Position numbers and translations under genes: made by a program | Assembly: GCA_964600615.1 (NCBI GenBank) | Contig: CAZRJK010000003.1 | Coordinates: forward strand, 11,142-75,141 | Source of the DNA: an uncultured Muribaculaceae bacterium | GTDB taxonomy: Bacteria; Bacillota_I; Bacilli_A; RF39; UBA660 | Length of the DNA: 64,000 nt | Reading direction: 5' to 3' | The notes under the pieces: generated by a model | Databases searched by the model: none | What the model saw: only the letters and a program-made list of their open reading frames with translations | What the model was told of the DNA's origin: nothing | Shown: positions 50,035 through 59,173 of the stretch, piece by piece | How positions within the stretch are numbered: the stretch's first letter is position 1 | Layout: each line of letters begins with the position of its first letter

Positions 50035-51638
50035 TAGTTGTAACTCCTTACTTCTGAAAATGCACTTTTTAACCCGTTTTTACCATTAAATACTTTACCA
50101 TTTGATAAATCTGCTAAACCTTCTAGTTGACTTTCTGACGATTCACCAAAAGTAATACTATATATTGGTATATTTAGTTTGTTATCATTATAGTATTTTT
50201 TTAACGTATTATAATTTCCTGTGTTGGAATAGCCATCAGTCATTAAGATAACTGTTTTAGTATAATCGTTTTCATTATCGTCTTTCAATATTCTTAATGC
50301 TTCTTTACTTGAATCATAAATGTTTGTTGCACCATTTGCTTCTAGAGAGTTTATATATAGTATTATTTCATTAGTTTGATTTCCAAGTTTAGTGTCATAT
50401 ACTTTGAATTTTTCATTAAAACTTATAATTGTTATTTTATCTTTATCAGAGAATTGTAATCTATCTTTACTAGCTTCTTCGGTATCTAGTATATATGTCA
50501 TAGCGTCTTTTAGTTCACTTAATCCACCACCATTCATACTTCCTGATACATCCAAACAGAATACTACATGTGTTGGTTTGCGAAGGGCTTCTATAAATAA
50601 ATCAAACGCTTTATTTATTACATTTTTACTTGGATATTTCATATCTTTTAGATATTTGCTAGTATCAATTCCCCATTCTTTATTGAAGGTTTTCTCATCA
50701 GTATTTTCTTTTGTTCCTCCATACCAAGCTCGATATCCTAATTTTTCCATTTTTGTTTGCATTTTTTCACTTGTTAAATAAGATTGAATTTTTAAGAATT
50801 TTTCTTTATTTTTAGTATCTTTTGTATCATTATTTACATAGGCAAAAGGCATATCGTTTATAGCAACACCATCTTTTGGATATATTAGATATAGGGGTTC
50901 TTTTTTATTTTTTAATAATTCTTTATTTAAGTTTATTAGAGAGCTTTCATAGTTTATCATGGCATTATAATCACCTTTTAAAAACATTGTTTTAAGGTAA
51001 TCTTCATCTCCTGATACTCTTTCTACTCCTTTGAATAAGCTTTTTAAATCATTAATTAGTTTTTCATCGTTTAGCATATTTTCTGTTAATACTTCAGGAC
51101 TTCCGGCTAGACTATTTAAAAAACTTAAATAACTAGTTGCTCCAGTATTGGTTTTTGTTACAGAAGCCATTATATATTTTAACTTGTTTTCTTTTATTAC
51201 ATTTACTATATCTTGGTTATAGACATCTTTACCTACAAGTCCTAACTCTTCGGCTTTACTTTTGGATATACCTAGTACTACAGGGTTTATTACTATTGAC
51301 TTACTATCAGTAGTTAAATAAGAATTATCTAACATGTATAACCAGATTGAATTTGATATCCATACAGCATCATAATCTTTACTGTTATTATTAAGAATAT
51401 CAACTATTTCTAAATCGCCGTAGTGCTCTATTTCTATGTTTATATGATTTTTCTTTCCATATGAGATTATTTCATCGTCTACCATACTTGTCGATGTTGA
51501 TGATATTATTCTAAAAGTATTATCATATAATACTTCATCTATTTCTATATCATCATTACATTTTTGAATAAAACTTAATAATAAAATACCAACTATAATA
51601 TATAAAAATATATTGCTTTTATCTTTACTTTTTGACAT
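50034..51638 (-). CDS. Membrane-anchored substrate-binding-like domain fused to a von Willebrand factor A domain
   Basis: N-terminal TM anchor and a binding-protein-like region. The vWA domain has an intact MIDAS (VVFCLDVSGSM ... ILMTDGYSNTG). Confidence 0.75.
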   Translation of the reverse strand: MSKSKDKSNIFLYIIVGILLLSFIQKCNDDIEIDEVLYDNTFRIISSTSTSMVDDEIISYGKKNHINIEIEHYGDLEIVDILNNNSKDYDAVWISNSIWLYMLDNSYLTTDSKSIVINPVVLGISKSKAEELGLVGKDVYNQDIVNVIKENKLKYIMASVTKTNTGATSYLSFLNSLAGSPEVLTENMLNDEKLINDLKSLFKGVERVSGDEDYLKTMFLKGDYNAMINYESSLINLNKELLKNKKEPLYLIYPKDGVAINDMPFAYVNNDTKDTKNKEKFLKIQSYLTSEKMQTKMEKLGYRAWYGGTKENTDEKTFNKEWGIDTSKYLKDMKYPSKNVINKAFDLFIEALRKPTHVVFCLDVSGSMNGGGLSELKDAMTYILDTEEASKDRLQFSDKDKITIISFNEKFKVYDTKLGNQTNEIILYINSLEANGATNIYDSSKEALRILKDDNENDYTKTVILMTDGYSNTGNYNTLKKYYNDNKLNIPIYSITFGESSESQLEGLADLSNGKVFNGKNGLKSAFSEVRSYN

Positions 51639-51773
51639 TTGTTCACCTCTTTATTTATATTTAATATATCATAAAATAGAGTTTATTACAAGATAATAAG
51701 AGTAGATTTATTGGGTTTAAGTTATGTCTATATTTTAGGGTTTTAAATATAATAAATAGAAAGGAGTGAAACT

Positions 51774-51920
51774 ATGTATTATGGATATCCTGGATATGGT
51801 TACGAGGGATTTGGTGGTAGTGGTTTATGGATAATTATAATTGTTTTAATTATTTTCTTTGTTTTATTCTGGGGTAATAATGGTTGTGGTAATAATAATT
51901 GTCATGGTAATTGTAGATAA
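51774..51920 (+). CDS. YjcZ-like tiny sporulation membrane protein (48 aa), absent from the ORF track
   Basis: MYYGYPGYGYEGFGGSGLWIIIIVLIIFFVLFWGNNGCGNNNCHGNCR. The RBS is AAAGGAGTGAAACT-ATG, and a hairpin with a T-run follows at 51921..51955. Confidence 0.6.
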   Translation: MYYGYPGYGYEGFGGSGLWIIIIVLIIFFVLFWGNNGCGNNNCHGNCR

Positions 51921-51941
51921 AAAGATGATAAAATAATTTTA

Positions 51942-52247
51942 TCATCTTTTTTTACCACTATTTTGGGCGTGTAATTTATCAAATTCTTCTCTTGTTTTTT
52001 CGTATTTTGCTTCTAATTCATTGAAAGTTTTGCCTATTTCTCTAAATGCTTCTTCTCGTTGAGCTGTATCCATTTCTGGATTAGAATTTATTTCTTGAAT
52101 TTTATCTATTGTTTCTTCTAATTTATTTAAAATATCAAATAAAATCATTTGTTCCTCATGCGTGTAATTACTATATCTATTTATGTACTCTATTTCTTGT
52201 AATCTTGTTTCATAACTTGCTAATCCTACTTTTTTTCCTTTAATCAT
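51942..52247 (-). CDS. Hypothetical helical protein (101 aa)
   Basis: Good ORF with RBS GGAGGTTAG. No recognised motif. Confidence 0.45.
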   Translation of the reverse strand: MIKGKKVGLASYETRLQEIEYINRYSNYTHEEQMILFDILNKLEETIDKIQEINSNPEMDTAQREEAFREIGKTFNELEAKYEKTREEFDKLHAQNSGKKR

Positions 52248-52295
52248 AACTAACCTCCATATAGTTTTATTTTAACATAATTAAAATTTTTATAC

Positions 52296-52323
52296 AAGAA
52301 AAAATGATTCATAAGAATCATTT
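52296..52323 (-). terminator. Intrinsic terminator after aldehyde dehydrogenase gene
   Basis: AAATGATTC-ATAA-GAATCATTT hairpin overlapping the stop, with a U-rich tail. Confidence 0.55.
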
Positions 52324-53758
52324 ATTTAGTTATATTTTTTAAGATTACTGTTTTAGTCCTTGACATTTCTTTTAGTGTACTCATTATTCCTTCATTTCCT
52401 ATTCCAGAATATTTCCATCCTCCGAATGGTTGTTCAAATGATCTAAAGAAACTAGCTCCATTTATAACAAAACCACCACATTCCATTTGCTCACTTACTT
52501 TTATAGCTTTATTTATGTCTTTAGTTATTATGGACCCTGATAGACCAAATTTAGATTGATTTGCTATTTCTACTGCTTCTTCTATAGTATCAAATCCTAT
52601 TATTGATATAACAGGTCCAAATATTTCCATGTCTTTGGCTACATCCATATCTTTAGTAATATTATCTAGAATTGTTGGCTCGTAGAAAGCGCCATTTCTT
52701 CTACCGCCACGTACTAGTTTAGCTCCTTGTTCGATTGTTTTATTTACTTGTTTTTCTACTTCTATTGCAGCTTCTTCACTGATTAGACAACCAATATCAG
52801 TTGTTTCTTCGTTTGGATATCCCACTTTTAAAGTATTTATTTTTTCACACATTTTTTCAATATATTGTTCTTTTATACTATTTTGAACTAAAAATCTTTT
52901 ACTTGCACAACAAACTTGTCCAGTGTTATACAATCTTCCCCAAACTGTTTCTTCAATTGCTAAATCTAAGTCTCCATCTTCACAAATTATAAAAGCATCA
53001 TTTCCTCCTAATTCTAATGAAGAATGGGCACAATGTTCAGCACAGTTTTTAGCAGCGTCTATTCCTGCTTCTGTTGAACCTGTTAAGGTTACTATTGATA
53101 CTTTTTCATTTGAAGTTAAAGCTTTACCTACAACGCCTCCACTTCCATGAACTACTGATACTATTCCTGCTGGTACTCCTGCTTCTACTAATAATTCAAT
53201 ATATCTTGTTAGTGTTAAAGGATTAACACTTGCTGGTTTTAAGATGGCAGCATTCCCCATTAATAATGCTGGTGGTATTTTATTTATAAATATATCACTT
53301 GGAAAATTAAATGGTATGATTGCTACACATACTCCTAAAGGTTGTTGAATCGTATATTGAATAGTGTTTTCTTGGCCTTTTTCTGTACCTCTTGGAATTA
53401 AATTACCATATTCGTGTTTTACTTTTCCAACATAAGCAGGAACTCCTATAGAAATATTTCCTATTTCTGCTCTTGCTTCTTTAATTGGCTTTCCTGTTTC
53501 GTCTGATAATAATTTTGCTAATTCTTCTTTATGTTCTTCTACTAAGGCTACAAATTTCATCATGATATCGCATTTTTCATGAATTGGAATAGCTGCCCAT
53601 TCTTTTTGATGGTTATATGCGTAATCTACTGCTTCATCAACTTCTTCTTTAGATAAACTTGGTACTGTATCTATTAATTCTCCATTGGCTGGATTCTTTA
53701 CTTCGATTACACTTCCATCTTTAGCATCTTTCCATTCTGTTCCGATTAAACTTTTCAT
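52322..53758 (-). CDS. NAD(P)-dependent aldehyde dehydrogenase family protein
   Basis: ALDH signatures are present: catalytic Glu in LELGGND, catalytic Cys in GQVCCASKR, and a GSTE.G cofactor motif. Substrate is not assignable. Confidence 0.88.
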   Translation of the reverse strand: MKSLIGTEWKDAKDGSVIEVKNPANGELIDTVPSLSKEEVDEAVDYAYNHQKEWAAIPIHEKCDIMMKFVALVEEHKEELAKLLSDETGKPIKEARAEIGNISIGVPAYVGKVKHEYGNLIPRGTEKGQENTIQYTIQQPLGVCVAIIPFNFPSDIFINKIPPALLMGNAAILKPASVNPLTLTRYIELLVEAGVPAGIVSVVHGSGGVVGKALTSNEKVSIVTLTGSTEAGIDAAKNCAEHCAHSSLELGGNDAFIICEDGDLDLAIEETVWGRLYNTGQVCCASKRFLVQNSIKEQYIEKMCEKINTLKVGYPNEETTDIGCLISEEAAIEVEKQVNKTIEQGAKLVRGGRRNGAFYEPTILDNITKDMDVAKDMEIFGPVISIIGFDTIEEAVEIANQSKFGLSGSIITKDINKAIKVSEQMECGGFVINGASFFRSFEQPFGGWKYSGIGNEGIMSTLKEMSRTKTVILKNITK

Positions 53759-53811
53759 TTTTCATCTCCTTTTAATACCTATGGTATTCTATAATTAGTA
53801 TATATTTTTTC

Positions 53812-53844
53812 AAAAAAAAAGTAAAGTTAAATTATTAACTTTAC
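53812..53844 (-). terminator. Strong intrinsic terminator after the large TasA-like gene
   Basis: 10-bp stem GTAAAGTTAA/TTAACTTTAC followed by 9 U on the minus strand. Confidence 0.75.
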
Positions 53845-53847
53845 ATT

Positions 53848-55149
53848 TTAATCTTCTGCATCATTTAAACTAAATTGAAGTTTTAAAGTTATAGCCCCAC
53901 CAGATGCATTGTTTTCACAGTCTACATCTTGTCCTTCAACCCAGAAGTATACTTTCATTTTAGTAATTTGATTAGCACCTAAGGTAAATATTTGTTTAAA
54001 CTTTCCTTCATTTGCTGTATTTTCTTGTGCTGCTGCCCAACCTTCAATAGTTTGGAATAATGTTACACCAGTTGGTGGTACGGCTGCAAATTGTGTAGAA
54101 TGCGCTGCAGCTGTTGCACTTCCTAGTGGAATATTATCTGATTCTACTACTTTAGCAATTACACCAGAGTATGATAGTGCACTATTCCCTGTACCAGCAG
54201 TAATATTACTTGATGATACTCCATATACGTTAACTGCATTATTTACTCCACTTGCTGTGTGTTTATCATAGTTTGGTTCCCATAATACTACGTTTCCTGA
54301 TAGAGTTGTAGTTTTTAAAGCTTGAGCTGTTGCAGCTGCTGTTGCTGAGTCGCTTGCTGTTGCTCCTTCTTTTATGAATGCTACACGAGCAGCGTTTTTA
54401 ATTCCTGAATCTGATCCATTTGCTATTATATCAGATGCAGTTGTTAAATATATTTGTTTTTGAGTTCCAGTAGTCTCTGCTGATGTTTCAGCATCAACTT
54501 TAAAGAATAAATCGAAACATACAAAATATCCTGATGATGTTGTATGTGTTACATTACTAATATCACTTGTTGTTAAGATATATTGTCCAGTGCTTTCATT
54601 TGATTTTACAACTCCATGCCACATTGATAAGTATCCATCATCGTTTCTTTTATCAAGAAGTGGTGTTGTAGCGTCTGATGGATCTTCATGTGTTGAAGTA
54701 TCCTTTGTTAAACTTGCTAGTGCTGATGATACTGGTTGTAATGCTGATGATGTCGCTGGTATTTGGTTAGTTGCTGTTGCGTATGTTGAATTAGCTGCAT
54801 TTAATTCAGCTGTTGTAACTAATGACTTCCAGTTAGCACCATCTACTGATATTTGAATACCTCCACTAGTAGCTACATTTACATCGATATCTCCAACTGT
54901 TACTGTTCTGTTAGAAGTAAACCATGCATATGTGGTTGTTGCTAATAGGAATCCAGTTGCTATTAATAATAATAGTAATAATAGGACTCTTCTTCTACTT
55001 TTTTGTGGTTTTTCTTCTTTTGCAGGAGCAACAGGTTCAAGATTTTCTTTTCTTTCTACTTGTTCATTTTGCTGACCATTTAATTGACTAGTTATGTTTT
55101 CAATTACTGGTCCATTTGTTTGTTCTCCATTTAATTCTCTTTCGTCCAT
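53848..55149 (-). CDS. Large secreted Ala/Thr/Ser-rich protein with SipW-dependent-type signal motif (TasA-position gene)
   Basis: About 60-aa acidic/polar N-terminal extension, then RRRVLLLLLLLIATGFLLATTTYAWFTS, comparable to TasA/CalY G-T-x-A-x-F-(S/T/N)-D. A beta-rich mature region follows. The gene lies immediately downstream of a SipW-type peptidase. Confidence 0.65.
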   Translation of the reverse strand: MDERELNGEQTNGPVIENITSQLNGQQNEQVERKENLEPVAPAKEEKPQKSRRRVLLLLLLLIATGFLLATTTYAWFTSNRTVTVGDIDVNVATSGGIQISVDGANWKSLVTTAELNAANSTYATATNQIPATSSALQPVSSALASLTKDTSTHEDPSDATTPLLDKRNDDGYLSMWHGVVKSNESTGQYILTTSDISNVTHTTSSGYFVCFDLFFKVDAETSAETTGTQKQIYLTTASDIIANGSDSGIKNAARVAFIKEGATASDSATAAATAQALKTTTLSGNVVLWEPNYDKHTASGVNNAVNVYGVSSSNITAGTGNSALSYSGVIAKVVESDNIPLGSATAAAHSTQFAAVPPTGVTLFQTIEGWAAAQENTANEGKFKQIFTLGANQITKMKVYFWVEGQDVDCENNASGGAITLKLQFSLNDAED

Positions 55150-55204
55150 AACTTCTCTCCTTATTTCTATTTTTCAACTTACCCTCTCTTACTCTATATA
55201 AATA

Positions 55205-55233
55205 ATAATATCATATTATTTTCTATAATGCAA
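55205..55233 (-). promoter_or_regulatory. Candidate sigma-A promoter in front of the large TasA-like gene
   Basis: Minus strand reads TTGCAT, a 17-nt spacer, then TATTAT, about 55 nt upstream of the start codon. Chance matches are common in AT-rich DNA. Confidence 0.4.
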
Positions 55234-55249
55234 TATTTTTTTTAATTTT

Positions 55250-56431
55250 TTAATTATCAACTATTTGGTTTGAATCAATTACAATTCTTATGCTCTCTAT
55301 TGTATTTTGATAGATAGCGTTAGCACTTGCGGTGCTGTAATAAATTAGTAATGTATAGTTGTTTATTGCAGGTGTATTATAATATAGTTCTTCCTTATTA
55401 AAAGTCATTGTTTTAAAGTATGTTCCATCGTCATCTTGAGCTACTACTGTGTTGTTATTGGTAACAAGATTTGTTGATGAGTTGGAAGTATAATCTTCAT
55501 TTTTGTATAATTTATATGTTAAAGGTAAGTTGGTTGTGGTTATAATCTTTAGTATGTATTCTAAATCAACTTCACTTGTTTCATTTGAGTCATAATTACT
55601 TATGGAAAATGTATATACATAAGGTGTATCACTTGGTGCTAAAGTTGTTAGTTTTACATTATTGGTCATATATGTTGGCTTTAATAAATAATAAGCTACA
55701 TTTGTACTTGTAGTTCCAACAGCTGTAGTCATATATCTTGATAATGTTATTGGAATAGTGCTTGTTATTATTAAAAATATTAGTAATAAACAATCCATTT
55801 TTATCATGCCTTTTAATCTTTTTTGGTCAATATTTTTTATTATATTCTTTCTTATATATGTATTGGGTTCCAACCCTTTTATTGGTTTTTTTACTCTATT
55901 TCTTATTCTTTTTGTTCTATAGGAAATTGTTATACTTATTATTAGTAGAGTTATAATTAGTAAACATAATACTTTTGGTGATAATAGTATTTTTCTTATT
56001 AAACCAATATTCGGTATTATAAATACTAATTTACCTATGATATTTTTTTTATTTACTATTTGATCGGGTATATTGTTTGCGTCTCCTTTAGTAGTATATT
56101 TATCTTCTTTTATGTTAGTAATTCTATGAGTTATGTAATTATCTTCTATTTCATAGGTAATAATATCATTCTTTTTGAATTTAGTGTCATCCGTTTTTTC
56201 TTTTATTATTACTAAATCTTCTTTTTTTATTTTAGGTGACATGCTGTCGCTATCTACTATAAAATAAGCATAACCAAAGATAGAAGTGTATCCTTTCTTT
56301 GAGGTTTTAGTATTTATAACGCTATAGATTATAAATGCTATTGTTATAATTATTAAGACTAATAAAATACGAGAAATTATTATACTTAATTTATCAAGGT
56401 TCAGGTGTCGGTTCTGGTTCTGGTTCTTCAA
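55250..56431 (-). CDS. sipW: SipW-type (S26B) signal peptidase I fused to a C-terminal signal-peptide-bearing beta-rich domain
   Basis: The N-half has VDSDSMSPKI (Ser), YITHRI (His) and TKGDANN (Asp) between two TM helices. The C-half has a basic linker, a third TM helix with ITLSRYMTT, and about 165 aa of beta-rich sequence. Confidence 0.75.
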   Translation of the reverse strand: MKNQNQNRHLNLDKLSIIISRILLVLIIITIAFIIYSVINTKTSKKGYTSIFGYAYFIVDSDSMSPKIKKEDLVIIKEKTDDTKFKKNDIITYEIEDNYITHRITNIKEDKYTTKGDANNIPDQIVNKKNIIGKLVFIIPNIGLIRKILLSPKVLCLLIITLLIISITISYRTKRIRNRVKKPIKGLEPNTYIRKNIIKNIDQKRLKGMIKMDCLLLIFLIITSTIPITLSRYMTTAVGTTSTNVAYYLLKPTYMTNNVKLTTLAPSDTPYVYTFSISNYDSNETSEVDLEYILKIITTTNLPLTYKLYKNEDYTSNSSTNLVTNNNTVVAQDDDGTYFKTMTFNKEELYYNTPAINNYTLLIYYSTASANAIYQNTIESIRIVIDSNQIVDN

Positions 56432-57047
56432 TTGGTTCTACATACGCTTCTATCGTTTCTCCTATATATTGTTTTAATTCTACTGTAATAGGTATATTTA
56501 TATCTTCATTGGCTCTTGCTCCTAAGGCATAGTCGGCATCATCGTTGCTAGCACTATTATTCCATATAAATTGTATTTCTACATCATATTCTTTATCATT
56601 TTGGATATCGTTTAAATAAGCTATTCCTGTATAACTATTTACATCTGTTCTAGTTATTGTGTCTCCACTATTTTCACTTATTTGATATATTTGAAATTCA
56701 CTGTTATTTAATGAACTTAAATCAATTGATATTGTATACATAAAAGATACTTCTGTATCAGTTGGATCTATATATATATGAATTGTCCCAATGCTTCCTG
56801 GAGCACCTTTTCCTGGTGTTACGTGGTTTTGATTTGTCCAATTAATGCTTCCTAGATTAAAGGTTCTATTGGCAGTTGTTAAACTGGTTATAGCGGTATT
56901 ATTTACTTCAATATGCCAGTTTGCTAATCTAGAAGCTGCTGCTGCTTGGGCTCTTGTTTCAAATAATGAATAAGTTTTTATAGCTGTTACTGTTAATAGA
57001 CATACAGAAAATAAGCATATTATTATTAATATTACTTTTTTCTTCAT
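56394..57047 (-). CDS. Small secreted protein with SipW-dependent-type signal motif (TapA-position gene)
   Basis: Signal MKKKVILIIICLFSVCLLTVTAIKTYSLFET, a beta-rich body with a TPGKGAPGSIGTI segment, and a Pro/Glu-rich tail EPIEEPEPEPTPEP. Confidence 0.6.
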   Translation of the reverse strand: MKKKVILIIICLFSVCLLTVTAIKTYSLFETRAQAAAASRLANWHIEVNNTAITSLTTANRTFNLGSINWTNQNHVTPGKGAPGSIGTIHIYIDPTDTEVSFMYTISIDLSSLNNSEFQIYQISENSGDTITRTDVNSYTGIAYLNDIQNDKEYDVEIQFIWNNSASNDDADYALGARANEDINIPITVELKQYIGETIEAYVEPIEEPEPEPTPEP

Positions 57048-57051
57048 TTAA

Positions 57052-57582
57052 TTAATTTTTTAATTGTTTTTTTACTTCTAGTGCTATTGCATAAATTTCA
57101 TATAAGAATATGAATAATATTGGTAATACTACTGCTGATAAGAATACCCATCTAGATTCTAATAGAGCTAATACTCCGCCTAGTGCACTATACACTTTTG
57201 TATCCTTTGTTGCTCCTATTACATATTCACTTGAAAAATCTGCGTTTCCTTCCATTGTAAAAGTAGTTTCTGTATCTGTTACTTTTCTTTTATTTATAAC
57301 TTTTCCTAAATTGATATTTACTGTTTTATGTTCTGTGTCTGTTTCATAAAAGAAAATCATGTCCCCGATGTTTATCTCATCATTAGATTTTTTTTCTACA
57401 ACCAATAAATCTCCCTTTTTGTAATCCCCTAAATTTTGGTCTGTTATTGGAATATACGTTTTATTTCCTAGTACTGTAGTATTATAATCGTTATAGTTTA
57501 GCAGGAATACGGTTACTGTTATAACAATCGCTAGATATATTACTACAAGTATACCTCCAATAAATTTTAAAAATCCTTTCAT
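57052..57582 (-). CDS. Catalytically degenerate SipW-like (S26B-fold) membrane protein
   Basis: Same two-TM topology and spacing as SipW. SGSMEP is replaced by ITDQNLGD, THR by NLGK and KGDNN by EGNAD. The start MKGFLKF at 57582 follows GAAGGTGGTAAG; the ORF extends to 57612. Confidence 0.6.
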   Translation of the reverse strand: MKGFLKFIGGILVVIYLAIVITVTVFLLNYNDYNTTVLGNKTYIPITDQNLGDYKKGDLLVVEKKSNDEINIGDMIFFYETDTEHKTVNINLGKVINKRKVTDTETTFTMEGNADFSSEYVIGATKDTKVYSALGGVLALLESRWVFLSAVVLPILFIFLYEIYAIALEVKKQLKN

Positions 57583-57634
57583 CTTACCACCTTCTATTTT
57601 AAAGTATATCACATTATACTTTTTAGTGCAATTA

Positions 57635-59173
57635 TTATTTATTAATTATTTCATTTGAATTACATAAGAATTCTATATCTTCATATTTTAATGTGCTTTT
57701 ATCAATTATATTTTTTAGTATTATTTTTTCTAGAGTTTCTATTGTTGTATCCAGGCTATTTTCTATAGTATCACTGGTAATATTTATACCTAATAATTTA
57801 TATTTATCACTTATTATTCTAGCTATATCTCTTTCTTCATTTATACTTATATAATTTATTATATTGATATCAAAACTATGAACATATAATTTTATTTCTT
57901 CTATTTTTTTATCTATTTCTTCTTCAGTTATTCCTTCAAATGTTTTCTTAATGATAGATTTTAGATAAATATAATAGGAACTTGCTATTAATAGTAAATC
58001 ATATAATGTATTGGAATCATTTAAACCAAATATTACTTCATTGAATTTATCTATTTCTAATTCTTCATATAATTTTTTGATATTAATTATTTCGTTTTCA
58101 TTATCTAATAGTAGTTTGTCTAATTTATCTTGATTTTTAAAGAATTTGCTATTTTCTTTGGAATAATATTTTTTAGTTAGTCCTATTATTTTGTTATTAG
58201 CTTTAGTTATTTCTTTTAATTTATTTTTAAATACATCTTTATATTTAGTTTTTTCCTTATATATATTTGTTACATCTTCTATTATATAAGAGTATTCTTT
58301 ATAATATTTATATTCTTTTAGAGTTGTTAATAAATTATCTATTATTTCAATACTTTCTTCATTGCTACCTATTTGGTTATAGTAACCTTCTACTTTAGAA
58401 TTTTCATAATCTGCTATATTATAAGTTTTATCTAAAAAGTTATTTACGATATTGTTTAAATTGGTTAATTTATTTAGATAATCATTTTTTATAGCAGTTT
58501 TATAATTATCTTTTATATTTATTTCTTTTAAATTTAATTCTTTTAGTAGTTTTTCTTTTTTGATATTGTAATATTTATCAAAGGTTTTTTTATTTTGATA
58601 ATATAAATAACTTATATTAAAGGCTATTTCAATTATTAAATCGGGACATTTCCAATATACTTCTTCAAAACATTTTTTTAGAGTATCAATATTTAAATTA
58701 TCTTGCTTTATTTCTTCTAAGAATAGAGTCATATATTTATTTACATATGTCGAATATTTAAAATTATCTTTAGTTAGATTTATACCTGCTTCTTTAAATA
58801 TTAGAATACATTGTTTTATATCTTCATTTACTTTAGAAAAATCATCTTGATAGAACCTAGTTATTTCATCTATTATTCTATCTAGATTGCTCTTTTCATA
58901 GGTTGTATTATAATTATTTGATAAATCTAGATATTCTTTATATTTTTCTATTCTAGGATCTGTTTCTGTTTCTTTTACTTCTTTACTTACTGTTATAAGG
59001 TGCTGATATCTATCATTAATTTCTTTATTTATTTTTATTTTTAAGCTTTCAGCATCATCTAGTAATCCATCTATGTAATTAGAATATTTTTCTTTATTTT
59101 TTACATTGTTTTTCGGCATATTTGCCATAGCTTCTTTAATAGAATTTATTTTTGTTTCTAATTCATTATTCAT
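57635..59173 (-). CDS. Cytoplasmic K/E/N/Y-rich all-helical (coiled-coil) protein
   Basis: 512 aa with no TM or signal and no recognised domain. It is the second gene of the sipW-containing transcription unit. Confidence 0.55.
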   Translation of the reverse strand: MNNELETKINSIKEAMANMPKNNVKNKEKYSNYIDGLLDDAESLKIKINKEINDRYQHLITVSKEVKETETDPRIEKYKEYLDLSNNYNTTYEKSNLDRIIDEITRFYQDDFSKVNEDIKQCILIFKEAGINLTKDNFKYSTYVNKYMTLFLEEIKQDNLNIDTLKKCFEEVYWKCPDLIIEIAFNISYLYYQNKKTFDKYYNIKKEKLLKELNLKEINIKDNYKTAIKNDYLNKLTNLNNIVNNFLDKTYNIADYENSKVEGYYNQIGSNEESIEIIDNLLTTLKEYKYYKEYSYIIEDVTNIYKEKTKYKDVFKNKLKEITKANNKIIGLTKKYYSKENSKFFKNQDKLDKLLLDNENEIINIKKLYEELEIDKFNEVIFGLNDSNTLYDLLLIASSYYIYLKSIIKKTFEGITEEEIDKKIEEIKLYVHSFDINIINYISINEERDIARIISDKYKLLGINITSDTIENSLDTTIETLEKIILKNIIDKSTLKYEDIEFLCNSNEIINK

